From Gammaproteobacteria bacterium (GTDB lineage Bacteria > Pseudomonadota > Gammaproteobacteria > Steroidobacterales > Rariloculaceae), in assembly GCA_022825505.1 (NCBI GenBank), contig JAJDWR010000063.1, forward strand, positions 161,611-225,610: DNA of 64,000 bases, read 5' to 3'. The notes beneath the pieces are model-generated. The model saw only the letters and a program-made list of their open reading frames with translations, did not search any database and was not told the DNA's origin. Positions 16,664 through 27,408 of the stretch are shown piece by piece. Numbering within the stretch: position 1 is the first letter of the stretch; every line of letters begins with the position of its first letter. The translations under genes and the position numbers were made by a program.

Positions 16664-18153
16664 TGGCTGCAGCGGTGGGAACGGTCATGACGCTGGGCGA
16701 GTTGCTGGGCGGCGTGCCCGCAGAATTGAGCGGCATCGAAATCGCCGATCTGGTGATGGACAGCCGGCAGGCGGGCCCGGGTGCCGCCTTCGTCGCCGTT
16801 CAGGGCGATGGTAGCCACGGTATCGAGTACGCGGCGGATGCCGTCGCCCGGGGCGCGGCAGTTGTCCTTTACGAGCCGGCGCCGGGGGTCGATGCGGGCA
16901 CCGTCGATGCGCCGCTCCTGGCGGTCGGCAATCTGCGCGGCCGCATCGGCGTTCTGGGCCGCACGTTCTTCGCACCGCCGCACTCGACCCCGCGGCTGGC
17001 CGGTGTCACCGGGACCAACGGCAAGAGCACCGTGGCGTATCTCGTGGCCCAGGCGCAGACCCTGCGCGGAACGCCCTGCGGTTACCTGGGCACCGTGGGC
17101 GCCGGCATTCCTCCCAACCTTGCCCCCCAAACCCTGACGACACCGGACTGCCTGTCGATTCACCGCACGCTGAGTTCGCTCGACGCGGACTTCGTGGCCA
17201 TGGAAGTGTCCTCCCACGCCCTCGCACAGGACCGGATTGCCGGACTGACGCTGGATACCGCCGTTTTCACCAATCTCACCCGCGATCACCTGGACTACCA
17301 CGGCGACATGGACAGCTACCGCTCCGCCAAGGCCAGGCTTTTCCAGTGGCCGGAACTGCGGCGCGCGGTGATTTTCGCGGACGATCCCTTCGGTGCGGCG
17401 CTGGCGCGCGAACTGGCCGATCCCGTCGAGCGCATCGAGGTCGGCCTGCGCGGCCGGGGCGAACTTTGCGGAACGGTAGTGGAATCGACCCTGAACGGGC
17501 TTTCCGTTCGGATCGAAGGGCGGCTCGTGGAGGCAACGGGCGCGGGCGAAGCCCTGCTCGAGTCACCCCTGGCGGGGGACTTCAATGCCGAGAATCTGCT
17601 CCTGGCGCTGGGTGTGCTGCTGGGCTGGGATGTGCCGATCGCCGAGGCATGCGAAGTGCTGGGACACTGCCGGGCGCCCGCCGGCCGCATGCAGGTGCTG
17701 GGGGGAGGCAAGCGGCAGCCCTGGGTAGCCGTGGACTACGCCCATACGCCCGCGGGACTCGAGCGGGTACTCGAAGGTCTCCGCCGCCAGGCCCCGGGCG
17801 AACTCTGGTGCGTATTCGGCTGCGGCGGGGAACGTGACCGTGGCAAGCGGCCGCTGATGGGGGAGGCCGCCTCCCGGATGGCACACCATGTGGTGCTCAC
17901 CGACGACAATCCCCGCGGCGAGGATCCCGGCAGGATCGTTGCCGACATCCGCACCGGCATGATTGATCACCAGGATGTCCGAATTGAACACGACCGTGCC
18001 ACGGCCATCGTGGAGACTGTCGCCAGGGCACGGCCGGGCGATGTGGTGCTGGTTGCGGGCAAGGGGCATGAACTGCGGCAGTCGACGGCCGCCGGCGATC
18101 GCGATTTCAGCGACGTCGCCACGGTGCGCGCCGCCCTGGGAGAGTCGGCATGA
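16660..18153 (+). CDS. murE: UDP-N-acetylmuramoyl-L-alanyl-D-glutamate--2,6-diaminopimelate ligase MurE
   Basis: The in-frame ATG at 16660 (ATGA overlap with the ftsI stop) lies inside ORF 16396..18153. Mur ligase P-loop GVTGTNGKSTVAY. The DNPR motif (TDDNPRGEDP) is typical of DAP-adding MurE. Confidence 0.9.
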   Translation: MMAAAVGTVMTLGELLGGVPAELSGIEIADLVMDSRQAGPGAAFVAVQGDGSHGIEYAADAVARGAAVVLYEPAPGVDAGTVDAPLLAVGNLRGRIGVLGRTFFAPPHSTPRLAGVTGTNGKSTVAYLVAQAQTLRGTPCGYLGTVGAGIPPNLAPQTLTTPDCLSIHRTLSSLDADFVAMEVSSHALAQDRIAGLTLDTAVFTNLTRDHLDYHGDMDSYRSAKARLFQWPELRRAVIFADDPFGAALARELADPVERIEVGLRGRGELCGTVVESTLNGLSVRIEGRLVEATGAGEALLESPLAGDFNAENLLLALGVLLGWDVPIAEACEVLGHCRAPAGRMQVLGGGKRQPWVAVDYAHTPAGLERVLEGLRRQAPGELWCVFGCGGERDRGKRPLMGEAASRMAHHVVLTDDNPRGEDPGRIVADIRTGMIDHQDVRIEHDRATAIVETVARARPGDVVLVAGKGHELRQSTAAGDRDFSDVATVRAALGESA

Positions 18154-18196
18154 ACCTCACCGTCGAAATCCGCGGGCTCGACGGGTTGGGGGGCGA

Positions 18197-19570
18197 ATGA
18201 TGCGGTCCCGAACGCTGGCGGCGGTGGCCAGGCAAGTGAGTGGGACGCTGCTCGGCGCCGACGCCGCGTTCGGCCGCGTCAGCATCGACACACGCAAACT
18301 GGATCCCGGCGCCCTGTTCGTAGCCATTCCCGGGGAACGGTTCGACGGCAACGACTTCGTCCCCGACGCTCATGCCAGGAGCGCTGCGGGCGCAGTGGTC
18401 TCGCGTCCGTCGGATGTGCCGCTGCCCCAGGTCCGCGTCCACGATACCCGGGGCGCGTTGTCCGGCATGGCTCGCGGATGGAGGCAAAACTTCCCTGTCC
18501 CTGTGGTGGCGGTCACCGGAAGCAACGGCAAGACCACGGTCAAGGAGTTGATTGCGGGGATCCTCGGCCGCAGCCACGAAGTTTGCGTTACGCGGGGCAA
18601 CCTCAACAACGACCTGGGCGTCCCGCTGACGCTGATGGAACTGGCGGACCACCACGAGATTCTGGTCATCGAGCTCGGCGCCAACCATGCGGGCGAGATT
18701 GCCGCCCTCAGTCAACTGGTCTGTCCCACCGTCGGTGTCATCACCAACGCCGGCGCCGCGCACCTGGAGGGATTCGGCTCCATCGACGGGGTCGCGCAGG
18801 CCAAGGGCGAATTGCTCGATCACCTGCCGGCGGCGGGCACGGCGATACTCAATGCGGACGATCCCCATTGTTCCGCGTGGCGCCTGCGCTCCCGCTCCGG
18901 GTCGGTGCTGACCTTCGGTTTCGATCCGTCCGCCGATTGCACGGTGCGGGGCGAGGTGGCGGAGGTCAGCGAAGGGTCGGCCTTCACCCTCGACTTGCCC
19001 GATGGAACGCCTGTCGAATTGACGCTGCCGCTGCGCGGACGTCACAGCGTGTTAAATGCCCTCGCGGCGACGGCCGCCTCGTTCGCTGTCGGCGTCTCCG
19101 CCGACGAGATCCATGCCGGACTGAGCAGCGCACGACCGGTCAGCGGCCGTCTCAACCGTATTCGCGGCGTTGGCGGAGCCGCCATCATCGACGATACGTA
19201 CAACGCCAATCCGACCTCCGCCCGCGCCGCCCTGGACTACCTGCGCGGCTGCGGCGGGCGGCGCATGTTCGTGCTCGGCGACATGGCGGAACTGGGCGCC
19301 GATGCGGCCGAATTGCATCGGCAGGTCGGCGAGTACGCGCGCGACTGCTGTGACTCGCTCTTTGCCATCGGCGAATTGAGTCGCGAGGCGGCACAGGCCT
19401 TTGGTTCCGGGGCCAGGTCCTTCACCGAATTGACGGCGCTGCGACAGGCGCTGAAACCGCTGCTCACCGAGGACGCAACCCTGCTGGTCAAGGGTTCCAG
19501 AGTGATGGGTCTCGATCGCCTCGTCGGCTCGCTCGGCAACGTCGGCGAAGAGGGGAAGGCGCCATGCTGA
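18197..19570 (+). CDS. murF: UDP-N-acetylmuramoyl-tripeptide--D-alanyl-D-alanine ligase MurF
   Basis: The start is taken at [11 protein letters not shown] inside ORF 17963..19570. P-loop [14 protein letters not shown]. Canonical position. Confidence 0.9.
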   Translation: MMRSRTLAAVARQVSGTLLGADAAFGRVSIDTRKLDPGALFVAIPGERFDGNDFVPDAHARSAAGAVVSRPSDVPLPQVRVHDTRGALSGMARGWRQNFPVPVVAVTGSNGKTTVKELIAGILGRSHEVCVTRGNLNNDLGVPLTLMELADHHEILVIELGANHAGEIAALSQLVCPTVGVITNAGAAHLEGFGSIDGVAQAKGELLDHLPAAGTAILNADDPHCSAWRLRSRSGSVLTFGFDPSADCTVRGEVAEVSEGSAFTLDLPDGTPVELTLPLRGRHSVLNALAATAASFAVGVSADEIHAGLSSARPVSGRLNRIRGVGGAAIIDDTYNANPTSARAALDYLRGCGGRRMFVLGDMAELGADAAELHRQVGEYARDCCDSLFAIGELSREAAQAFGSGARSFTELTALRQALKPLLTEDATLLVKGSRVMGLDRLVGSLGNVGEEGKAPC

Positions 19571-20652
19571 TCTACGTCGCCGAGTACCTGACCCAGTATT
19601 TCTCCGCGTTCAACGTGTTCGGATACATCACCATGCGGGCCATTCTCAGCGCGCTCACGGCGCTGATCCTGTCGTTCGCGCTGGGTCCCCTGGTCATCCA
19701 GCGGCTGGCTTCCGGCAGCGTCAGGCAACCCATCCGCGAAGTCGGTCCGGAGAGTCATCTGCCCAAGGCCGGCACGCCGACCATGGGCGGCATGCTGATT
19801 CTGCTGGCGATCATCGTGAGCACGCTGCTCTGGGCGGATCTCGGCAGCCGCTTCGTCTGGATCGTGCTGCTCTGCACGGTGGCCTTCGGCATCATCGGCA
19901 TCGTCGACGATTACCGCAAACTCAGGCTGGGCAACTCCAGGGGCCTGCGGGCCGGGACCAAGTTCTTCTGGCAGTCGGCAGCGGGTCTGACTGCGGCGAT
20001 CGTGCTCTACGTTACGGCGGAAAACGCCGCAGTGGAACACGCGCTGCTCATTCCCTACTTTCCCGGCCTGCTGATTCCCATGAGCGCAATCGTCTACGTG
20101 GTTTTCTCGTCGCTCGTGATCGTCGGCTCTTCGAACGGGGTGAACCTGACCGACGGTCTGGATGGCCTGGCCATCATGCCCGCCGTACTCGTGGCCTCGG
20201 CTCTGGGCCTCTTCGCCTACGCGGCGGGCAATGCCGTATTCGCACCTTATCTGGGCATCCCCTACGTTGCGGGTGCCGGAGAGATGCTCGTTTTCTGTGC
20301 GGCCCTGGCTGGCGCCGGCCTGGGCTTCTTGTGGTTCAACACCTACCCCGCGCAGGTTTTCATGGGGGACATCGGAGCGTTGGCGCTCGGTGCCGCCCTG
20401 GGCCTGGTGGCCGTAGTTGTGAGGCAGGAACTGGTGTTGTTCATCATGGGCGGTGTTTTCGTCATCGAAACCGTCTCAGTCATTATCCAGGTGACCTCCT
20501 ACAAGTTGACAGGCCGGCGCATTTTTCGAATGGCCCCGCTGCACCACCATTTCGAACTCAAGGGCTGGGCGGAACCGAAGGTGATCGTGCGCTTCTGGAT
20601 CATCACGGTCGTGCTCGTGCTGATCGGTCTTGCCAGCCTGAAGATCAGGTAA
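19564..20652 (+). CDS. mraY: phospho-N-acetylmuramoyl-pentapeptide-transferase MraY
   Basis: A polytopic membrane protein with [22 protein letters not shown] and [12 protein letters not shown], which are canonical MraY motifs. Confidence 0.95.
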   Translation: MLIYVAEYLTQYFSAFNVFGYITMRAILSALTALILSFALGPLVIQRLASGSVRQPIREVGPESHLPKAGTPTMGGMLILLAIIVSTLLWADLGSRFVWIVLLCTVAFGIIGIVDDYRKLRLGNSRGLRAGTKFFWQSAAGLTAAIVLYVTAENAAVEHALLIPYFPGLLIPMSAIVYVVFSSLVIVGSSNGVNLTDGLDGLAIMPAVLVASALGLFAYAAGNAVFAPYLGIPYVAGAGEMLVFCAALAGAGLGFLWFNTYPAQVFMGDIGALALGAALGLVAVVVRQELVLFIMGGVFVIETVSVIIQVTSYKLTGRRIFRMAPLHHHFELKGWAEPKVIVRFWIITVVLVLIGLASLKIR

Positions 20653-20673
20653 CGGGAGTACAGAAGGAACTCC

Positions 20674-22071
20674 ATGAGTACTGCGGCGCAATTGTGCGAC
20701 GACGAGATGAACGGTTCGCTGCCGGGTAACCGCACGCTGGTCGTGGGCCTGGGCGCCACCGGACTCGCGGCGGCGCGATTCCTTGCCTCACGCGGTGAGG
20801 AGGTGCTGGTGATCGACAGCCGGGCGAACCCGCCCGGGCTGGAAGCCCTGCGCGCCGCGCAACCCGAGTTACGGATCGAACTTGAGAGCCTGCACCCGCG
20901 TTGGCTGGAGGGAATATCCCAGGTGGTCATTTCGCCCGGACTGGGTCTGGACATCGGCATTGCGGCCGAGGCACGACGCCGTGGAATCCCCCTGGTCAGC
21001 GAAATCGAGTTGTTTGCCCGTGCCGCCCGAGCACCGGTGGTCGCGGTGACCGGCTCCAACGGAAAGAGCACCGTGGTCACCCTGGTGGAGCAAATGCTGG
21101 CGGCAGCCGGCCTGCGCGTCGCCGCCGGAGGCAACCTCGGCCCGCCCGCAGTGGATCTGCTGGCGGATCCGCCGGAGATCTACGTGCTCGAATTGTCCAG
21201 TTTTCAACTGGAGACCACCCGCAGCCTCCGCCCCGCCACCGCGGCGGTGCTGAACATCTCCGCCGACCACCTCGATCGCCACGGCAGCCTGGAGCGCTAC
21301 GCCGCCGTCAAGGCACGGCTGCTGCGCGCGGCGCGTGTGCCGATCTTCAACCGGGACGATCCCATCGTCAGGGCGATGGGCGCCGACTATCCCGCGGGCA
21401 TCCCGTTTTCGGCGCGGGAGCACCTGGACCGCGGCTACTGCGCCGTGCCGCATCGCGGCGAGCGGTGGCTGTTCCGCGACGCCAGGCCGGTATTGCCGAC
21501 TTCGCGGTTGCGCATCCCGGGACGGCACAACGAGTCCAATGCCCTGGCGGCACTGGCGCTGGCCGACACCGTTGGCGGCGGGGGGAACGCGCAGGCTCCG
21601 GCACGAAGTCTGGATGCCATGAGCGAATTTCCGGGCCTCGAACACCGTTGTCAGCGGGTCGCCGAGGAAGACGGGATCACGTTCATCAATGACTCCAAGG
21701 GAACCAATGTGGGTGCGGCGGTCGCGGCGCTTCGGGGTCTTTCCGGCCCGCTGGTACTGATTGCCGGCGGCCGGGCCAAGGGCGCCGATTTCAAACCCCT
21801 GGCAGAGGCCGGCCAGGCCAGGCTCGCCGGTGCGGTGGTGATGGGTGAGGCGGCGGACGCCTTGCAGGCAGCGCTCGCGCCGGTCACTTCCGTGGTCGGC
21901 GCCGACGACATGCCGGCAGCCGTGGAACGGGCTGTGGAACTGGCCCGCGCGACGGAATTCAGGCGGGTGACCGTGCTGCTGTCGCCGGCCTGTGCAAGCT
22001 TCGACATGTTTTCCGATTACCGGGCACGGGGCGACGCCTTTGTCGCAGCAGTGGAGGCGCGTCAACGATGA
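20674..22071 (+). CDS. murD: UDP-N-acetylmuramoylalanine--D-glutamate ligase MurD
   Basis: N-terminal Rossmann-like segment VVGLGATGLAAARFL. P-loop [14 protein letters not shown]. Canonical position. Confidence 0.9.
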   Translation: MSTAAQLCDDEMNGSLPGNRTLVVGLGATGLAAARFLASRGEEVLVIDSRANPPGLEALRAAQPELRIELESLHPRWLEGISQVVISPGLGLDIGIAAEARRRGIPLVSEIELFARAARAPVVAVTGSNGKSTVVTLVEQMLAAAGLRVAAGGNLGPPAVDLLADPPEIYVLELSSFQLETTRSLRPATAAVLNISADHLDRHGSLERYAAVKARLLRAARVPIFNRDDPIVRAMGADYPAGIPFSAREHLDRGYCAVPHRGERWLFRDARPVLPTSRLRIPGRHNESNALAALALADTVGGGGNAQAPARSLDAMSEFPGLEHRCQRVAEEDGITFINDSKGTNVGAAVAALRGLSGPLVLIAGGRAKGADFKPLAEAGQARLAGAVVMGEAADALQAALAPVTSVVGADDMPAAVERAVELARATEFRRVTVLLSPACASFDMFSDYRARGDAFVAAVEARQR

Positions 22072-23234
22072 ACGCCCATATCGCCGACGATCATTTCAAT
22101 GTCGACCCGTGGCTGTTGACTGCGGCGACGGGGCTTCTGGTATTCGGCACGATCATGGTGAGTTCGGCATCCATCTCCCTGGCCGACGGCTCGCTGGGCC
22201 AGCCGCACTTCTTCCTGAGCCGCCACCTCGTGGCAGTCGCCATCGGCTGCGTCGGCGCCTTTGCCGCTGCGAAGATTCCCTGCGAAGTCTGGTATCGGCT
22301 CAGCGGGCTGTTCCTGCTGGCCGCCTTTGCGCTGCTGGCGTCGGTGTTCATTCCCGGACTGGGGCACACCGTCAACGGCAGCGCCCGGTGGCTGAGCCTG
22401 GGACCGCTGAGCCTGCAGCCGTCGGACCCGGCGAGGGTTTGCCTGATGATCTACCTGTGCAGCTACGTTGTTCGCCACCACGAACGCGTGCGCGACACCC
22501 TGTGGGGGTTCATCGGGCCCATGGTCATCGTGGCGCTGGCCTGCGCGTTGCTGCTGGCGGAACCGGACTTCGGCGCGGCCGCCGTGCTCACCGCGACCAG
22601 CCTTGGGATCCTGTTTATCGGCGGGGCGAGGTTGAGCGGATTTCTATTTTGTTTCGTGGTCGCGGCGGTCAGCATGTCAGCCCTTGCCATGTCCTCCGAC
22701 TACCGCCTGCAGCGCCTTCTGGGTTTTCTCGATCCGTGGGCCGACCCGTTCGGAAGCGGTTACCAGCTCACTCAGTCCCTGATCGCCATCGGCCACGGCG
22801 GCTGGCTTGGCGTCGGCCTGGGCGAGAGCGTGCAGAAGATGCTCTACCTGCCGGAAGCGCATACCGACTTCGTCTTCGCGGTGCTGTACGAGGAGCTGGG
22901 ATTCCTTGGCAGTTCCCTGGCCATCGTGCTGTACGGGGTGCTGGTCGTTCGTGCGCTCGCCATTGGGCCGCGGGCGCATGCCGTGGGTTTGCCGTTCCAG
23001 GCGCTTCTGAGCAGCGCGATCGGCCTCACGCTGGGTATTCAGGCGTTCATCAATATCGGCGTCAATACGGGCTTGCTGCCCACCAAGGGATTGACCCTGC
23101 CGCTGATGAGCTACGGCCGTACCAGCGTGGTCATCACCCTGGTCTGTCTCGGGTTGCTCGTCAGAATCCACCACGAGGTGGTTGCCGCATCGCCGGAAGT
23201 GGTGCGCGCCCGCAGAAAGAGGGGCCGGCCGTGA
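22068..23234 (+). CDS. ftsW: peptidoglycan glycosyltransferase FtsW (SEDS family)
   Basis: A polytopic SEDS protein showing SLQPSDPARV, LPEAHTDFVFAVL and LPTKGLTLPLMSYG. Confidence 0.9.
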   Translation: MNAHIADDHFNVDPWLLTAATGLLVFGTIMVSSASISLADGSLGQPHFFLSRHLVAVAIGCVGAFAAAKIPCEVWYRLSGLFLLAAFALLASVFIPGLGHTVNGSARWLSLGPLSLQPSDPARVCLMIYLCSYVVRHHERVRDTLWGFIGPMVIVALACALLLAEPDFGAAAVLTATSLGILFIGGARLSGFLFCFVVAAVSMSALAMSSDYRLQRLLGFLDPWADPFGSGYQLTQSLIAIGHGGWLGVGLGESVQKMLYLPEAHTDFVFAVLYEELGFLGSSLAIVLYGVLVVRALAIGPRAHAVGLPFQALLSSAIGLTLGIQAFINIGVNTGLLPTKGLTLPLMSYGRTSVVITLVCLGLLVRIHHEVVAASPEVVRARRKRGRP

Positions 23235-24319
23235 ACGGCGCGCCGGTGATGATCATGGCGGGCGGCACGGGCGGACACGTCTTCCCGGCGCTGGCCGTGG
23301 CGGAAGAGCTTCGCGGACGTGCGCAACCGGTGGTCTGGATGGGGACGCGCAAGGGTCTGGAGGCGAGAGTCGTTCCGGCGGCGGGTATCGAAATGGAATG
23401 GATTTCCATCGCGGGCCTGCGCGGACGCGGCGCTGCTGCCTGGCTCGCTGCGCCATTCCGGATCTCCCTCGCGATCGTTCAGGCACTGGCGGCGATACGC
23501 AGGCGCAAACCCGCTGTGGTCCTGGGCATGGGCGGCTTCGTTTCCGGCCCGGGCGGCGTTGCGGCGTGGCTGTGCCGTCGTCCGGTGTTGATTCACGAGC
23601 AGAATGCCGTCGCCGGGACCACCAATCGGTTGCTGTCACGTATCGCGCGAAGAGTGTTCGAAGCCTTTCCCGGCAGCTTCCCCGGCGGTGCCGCCGCGGA
23701 ATTGGTGGGCAATCCGGTGCGCCGGGAAATTCTCGATCTCGCGCAACGGAACAGGCAGGAGGATGGACGCTGCGGGGAAGCCGTCCGCATTCTGATTCTC
23801 GGTGGCAGCCAGGGCGCCCGTGTGCTGAATGAACGCGTGCCGGAAGCCATGGCAGCGCTGCCGGGCAGCATTTCCGTGGCCATCCGGCACCAGGCGGGGC
23901 GCGGGCTTCAGACGGCGCAGCGCGGCTACGCGAATCACGGCCTTGCGGCGCGCGTGGACGCCTTTGTGGAAGACATGGCCGGCGCCTACGCGTGGGCGGA
24001 CCTGGTGATCTGCCGCGCCGGCGCCCTGACCATCGCCGAACTGAGCGCGGCAGGCCTTGGAGCGATTCTCGTGCCGTTCCCCTACGCCGTGGACGATCAC
24101 CAGTCCCGCAATGCCGAGAGTTTCGGTTCGCGAGGCGCGGGAATCGTCATCCCGGAACACGAATTCACACCTCAGCGGCTTGTGGACGAACTGGTTGCGC
24201 TGCTGGAGCACCCCGGCCGGATCGCCGACATGGGCGACAGCGCAAGGAACCTGGCCCGGCCCGCCGCCCTGACCGATATCGCCGACGCGTGCCTTCAGTT
24301 CGCGGAGGTGGCGGCATGA
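23231..24319 (+). CDS. murG: UDP-N-acetylglucosamine--N-acetylmuramyl-(pentapeptide) pyrophosphoryl-undecaprenol GlcNAc transferase MurG
   Basis: GTG at 23231 (GTGA overlap with the ftsW stop) lies in the frame of ORF 21992..24319. N-terminal MAGGTGGHVFPALAVA. C-terminal ...DHQSRNA... motif. Confidence 0.9.
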   Translation: MNGAPVMIMAGGTGGHVFPALAVAEELRGRAQPVVWMGTRKGLEARVVPAAGIEMEWISIAGLRGRGAAAWLAAPFRISLAIVQALAAIRRRKPAVVLGMGGFVSGPGGVAAWLCRRPVLIHEQNAVAGTTNRLLSRIARRVFEAFPGSFPGGAAAELVGNPVRREILDLAQRNRQEDGRCGEAVRILILGGSQGARVLNERVPEAMAALPGSISVAIRHQAGRGLQTAQRGYANHGLAARVDAFVEDMAGAYAWADLVICRAGALTIAELSAAGLGAILVPFPYAVDDHQSRNAESFGSRGAGIVIPEHEFTPQRLVDELVALLEHPGRIADMGDSARNLARPAALTDIADACLQFAEVAA

Positions 24320-25737
24320 ACGAGCGCATGGGCAGGATTCACCACGTCCACTTCATCGGCATCGGCGGTGTGGGCATGGGCGGCATCGCCGAAGTACTCA
24401 TCAACCTCGGTTATGCGGTGCAGGGCTCCGACCTGCAACTGAACGCGATAACCGAGCACCTCGAGGGACTGGGCGCGCGCATCCACCAGGGCCACGATCC
24501 GGCCAACCTGGGCGAGGCGGATGTGGTGGTGGTGACCAGCGCGGTGCCGCAGGGCAACGTCGAGGTCATGGAGGCCCACCGTCGCCGGTTACCGGTGGTA
24601 CAGCGGGCCGAGATGCTGGCGGAACTGATGAGGTTCCGATTCGGCATCGCAGTCGCGGGCACCCATGGCAAGACCACGACCACGAGCCTGATCGCCAGCA
24701 TCATGGCCGAGGGCGGACTCGATCCCACCTACGTGATCGGGGGGCGACTGCTCGGCGCCAACGCCAACGCCAGATTGGGCAGCGGCCGCTACCTGGTGGC
24801 GGAAGCCGACGAAAGCGATGCTTCCTTCCTCCACCTTCAACCGATGATGGCGGTGGTCACCAACATCGACGCCGACCACCTGGGCAGCTACGAAGGCGAA
24901 ATGGAACGCCTCAAGCAGGGCTTTGTCGGATTTCTGCGCAATCTGCCCTTCCACGGTCTTGCGGTGATGTGCCGTGACGACGCCAATACCCGTGAGCTGA
25001 TCCCCGATCTCGGCAGGCGGGTAACCAGTTACGGGCTTTCGCATTCCGCCGATATCAGCGCCGAAAAGGTCCGCGCCGAAGGCCTGTCGACATCCTTTGT
25101 GGTGCGCCGTCCCGACCGTTCGCCGCTCCCGCTCAAGTTGAGGCTGCCCGGCACGCACAATGTCCTGAACGCGCTGGCCGCCGTCGCCGTCGTCACCGAG
25201 CTGGGTGTCTCCGATCGGGCCATCCGGCGCGCCCTCGCCGAGTTCTCGGGCATTGATCGGCGCCTCGAGGTGCTGGGCACCGTCACCACACCCTCCGGCC
25301 AGGTGACCTTCGTCGACGACTACGGTCACCACCCCACCGAAATCGCCGCAACGCTGCAGGCGGTCAGGCAGGTCTGGCCGAATCGGCGGCTGGTCGTGGC
25401 GTTCCAGCCCCACCGCTATACCCGTACCCACGAATTGATCGATGACTTTGCCCGGGTGCTTTCGGATACCGACGTGCTGCTGCTGACCGAAATATACGGT
25501 GTGGGCGAGACGCCGATCGCCGGCGCCGACGGCCGGTCGCTGGCGCGCGCCGTGCGCAGCCGCGGCGTTGTCGAACCCGTGTTCGTCGAGGAACTGGACA
25601 ACCTGCCGGAAATTCTTGGCGGTGTTGTCAGGCACGACGACGTGGTCCTGACGCTGGGCGCCGGCAGCATCGGCGCTGCGGCGAGGCGCCTGCCGCCGGC
25701 GATGGCGGTGAAGGGGCCGGTGGGAGTGAAGCGGTGA
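24316..25737 (+). CDS. murC: UDP-N-acetylmuramate--L-alanine ligase MurC
   Basis: ATG at 24316 (ATGA overlap with the murG stop). HVHFIGIGGVGMGGIAEVL and P-loop AVAGTHGKTTTTSL. Confidence 0.9.
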   Translation: MNERMGRIHHVHFIGIGGVGMGGIAEVLINLGYAVQGSDLQLNAITEHLEGLGARIHQGHDPANLGEADVVVVTSAVPQGNVEVMEAHRRRLPVVQRAEMLAELMRFRFGIAVAGTHGKTTTTSLIASIMAEGGLDPTYVIGGRLLGANANARLGSGRYLVAEADESDASFLHLQPMMAVVTNIDADHLGSYEGEMERLKQGFVGFLRNLPFHGLAVMCRDDANTRELIPDLGRRVTSYGLSHSADISAEKVRAEGLSTSFVVRRPDRSPLPLKLRLPGTHNVLNALAAVAVVTELGVSDRAIRRALAEFSGIDRRLEVLGTVTTPSGQVTFVDDYGHHPTEIAATLQAVRQVWPNRRLVVAFQPHRYTRTHELIDDFARVLSDTDVLLLTEIYGVGETPIAGADGRSLARAVRSRGVVEPVFVEELDNLPEILGGVVRHDDVVLTLGAGSIGAAARRLPPAMAVKGPVGVKR

Positions 25738-26639
25738 TAGCGGCCATGCCGGGCAGACGCAATTCGTCACGGTTGCGCTACGGCGAGCCCATGAGCCGGC
25801 ACACGTCCTGGCGCATAGGCGGATGCGCGGACGTTTTTTTCAGGCCATCCGGCGTGGCGGAATTGACGGACTTCATCGCCGGTCTTGACAAGGACGAGGA
25901 CATTCTCTGGATCGGACTGGGATCGAACCTGCTGGTCCGGGACGGGGGCGTTCGCGGTGTGGTGATCTGCACGCTGGACCTGACTTCACGCATCAAGCGG
26001 CTGGACAACGGCCGGGTTCATGTCGGCTCCGGTGTGCCCTGCGCGGCGCTCGCCCGCCAATGTACGCGGTGGCAACTGGGTCCCGCAGCGTTCTTCGCCG
26101 GAATTCCCGGCACCGTCGGCGGCGCTCTCGCCATGAACGCGGGCGCCTTCGGCGGCGAAACCTGGGACTCGGTGGAGTCCGTCGAAACACTTGATCGAAG
26201 GGGACGGCAGCGAACCCGGAGCAGGGCGGACTATCGTGTGGGTTATCGCTCGGTCGAGGGTGTCCCCGGCGAGTGGTTCCTGGCCGCCACGCTGGCACTG
26301 TCCGGCGACCCGGAGGCCGATATGAGCCAACTCGCGGAGATGCGGCGCCGGCGCGACCGCACCCAGCCCCTGGGTGTGCGCAGTTGCGGTTCGGTGTTCC
26401 GAAATCCGCCTGGCGACTTTGCCGCGCGGCTGATCGAAGCCTCGGGGCTCAAGGGACGGTGTGTCGGGGACGCAATGGTTTCCGAAAAGCACGCCAATTT
26501 CATTATCAATCGGGGCCATGCCACCGCACGGGACGTGGAATGGCTGATCGGCGAGGTCCGGGACCGGGTCGCGGCTGACTCGGGAATCGTCCTGGAACTC
26601 GAGGTGCGCATTGTGGGTGACAAAGATGCCCGGGGCTAA
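25734..26639 (+). CDS. murB: UDP-N-acetylenolpyruvoylglucosamine reductase MurB
   Basis: GTG at 25734 (GTGA overlap with murC). FAD-binding domain motifs SWRIGGCADVFF, GLGSNLLVRDGG and GIPGTVGGALAMNAGAFG. C-terminal SCGSVFRNP and EKHANFIIN. Confidence 0.85.
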   Translation: MIAAMPGRRNSSRLRYGEPMSRHTSWRIGGCADVFFRPSGVAELTDFIAGLDKDEDILWIGLGSNLLVRDGGVRGVVICTLDLTSRIKRLDNGRVHVGSGVPCAALARQCTRWQLGPAAFFAGIPGTVGGALAMNAGAFGGETWDSVESVETLDRRGRQRTRSRADYRVGYRSVEGVPGEWFLAATLALSGDPEADMSQLAEMRRRRDRTQPLGVRSCGSVFRNPPGDFAARLIEASGLKGRCVGDAMVSEKHANFIINRGHATARDVEWLIGEVRDRVAADSGIVLELEVRIVGDKDARG

Positions 26640-27405
26640 GCGTCAAGGAGGTCTCCGTCCGCCGGGGCGCGCGCGTTTCGGCATAAGCTGGGGCCGCGCC
26701 CTTTCCCCCGTGGCGATGCTGGCCGTGGTGGCGGCGATGCTGCTCGCTGCACGTGTGTTTCTGGATCATCCGGTTCGCAACCTGCACATGGAAGGCAGCT
26801 TTCAGCGAGTGACTCCGGTTGAAGTACAGGCGGCAATGGCGCCGGGTCTACAGGACAGCTTCCTGACCGCGAACCTCGCGGAGTTGCGCGGCCTGGTGGA
26901 ATCCCTGGACTGGGTCAAACGGGCGCAGGTCGCAAGGCAATGGCCGGATACGCTGGTGATCCGGGTGACCGAACATCAGGTGGCTGCGCGCTGGGGAGAT
27001 TCTTCGCTGATCAGCCGCGAGGGGGAGATATTTGCCGGCGAATCGCGTTACATGTTTCCGGAATTGCCGCATCTGGCCGGTCCGGCCAATACGGAACGGC
27101 GCGTCGTCGAGCGTTACCTGGAATTGCAGGGACTGCTGGGTGCGGCGAACCTGACTCTTGCAGCCCTGTCCATCGATGAGCGGGGATCGTGGCGCATGCA
27201 ATTGCAGGGTGGCCAGACGATTCGAATCGGCCGCAGCGACGTGGAGCAACGGCTGGACCGTTTCTTCCATCTGGCGGCGCCTCTGATCAGGAATGAATTC
27301 GAGCAGGTGAGCCATGTGGACATGCGCTACACCAACGGATTTTCAGTCGGCTGGCGCCCTGTCGCCAGTGGAACAGCGACGGCCGCGGCGGTTGGAGGCG
27401 AGTGA
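26626..27405 (+). CDS. ftsQ: cell division protein FtsQ
   Basis: A bitopic protein (transmembrane helix LSPVAMLAVVAAMLLAA) followed by POTRA-like VRNLHMEGSFQRVTPVEV...WPDTLVIRVTEH. ATG at 26626 overlaps the murB end by 14 nt. TTG at 26611 is an alternative start. Confidence 0.8.
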   Translation: MPGAKRQGGLRPPGRARFGISWGRALSPVAMLAVVAAMLLAARVFLDHPVRNLHMEGSFQRVTPVEVQAAMAPGLQDSFLTANLAELRGLVESLDWVKRAQVARQWPDTLVIRVTEHQVAARWGDSSLISREGEIFAGESRYMFPELPHLAGPANTERRVVERYLELQGLLGAANLTLAALSIDERGSWRMQLQGGQTIRIGRSDVEQRLDRFFHLAAPLIRNEFEQVSHVDMRYTNGFSVGWRPVASGTATAAAVGGE

Positions 27406-27408
27406 GCT

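Noticed and set aside
21992-24319. 775-aa ORF that looks like a large fusion protein covering ftsW and murG
   Set aside because: Only the part from GTG 23231 onward is MurG-like. The upstream 413 codons are an out-of-frame read through ftsW giving Arg/Pro-rich nonsense. The same applies to the N-terminal extensions of ORFs 16396 (murE), 17963 (murF), 23992 (murC), 44423 (sucD), 48571 (pgeF), 575 (petC) and 7617..9680 (prpD-like).
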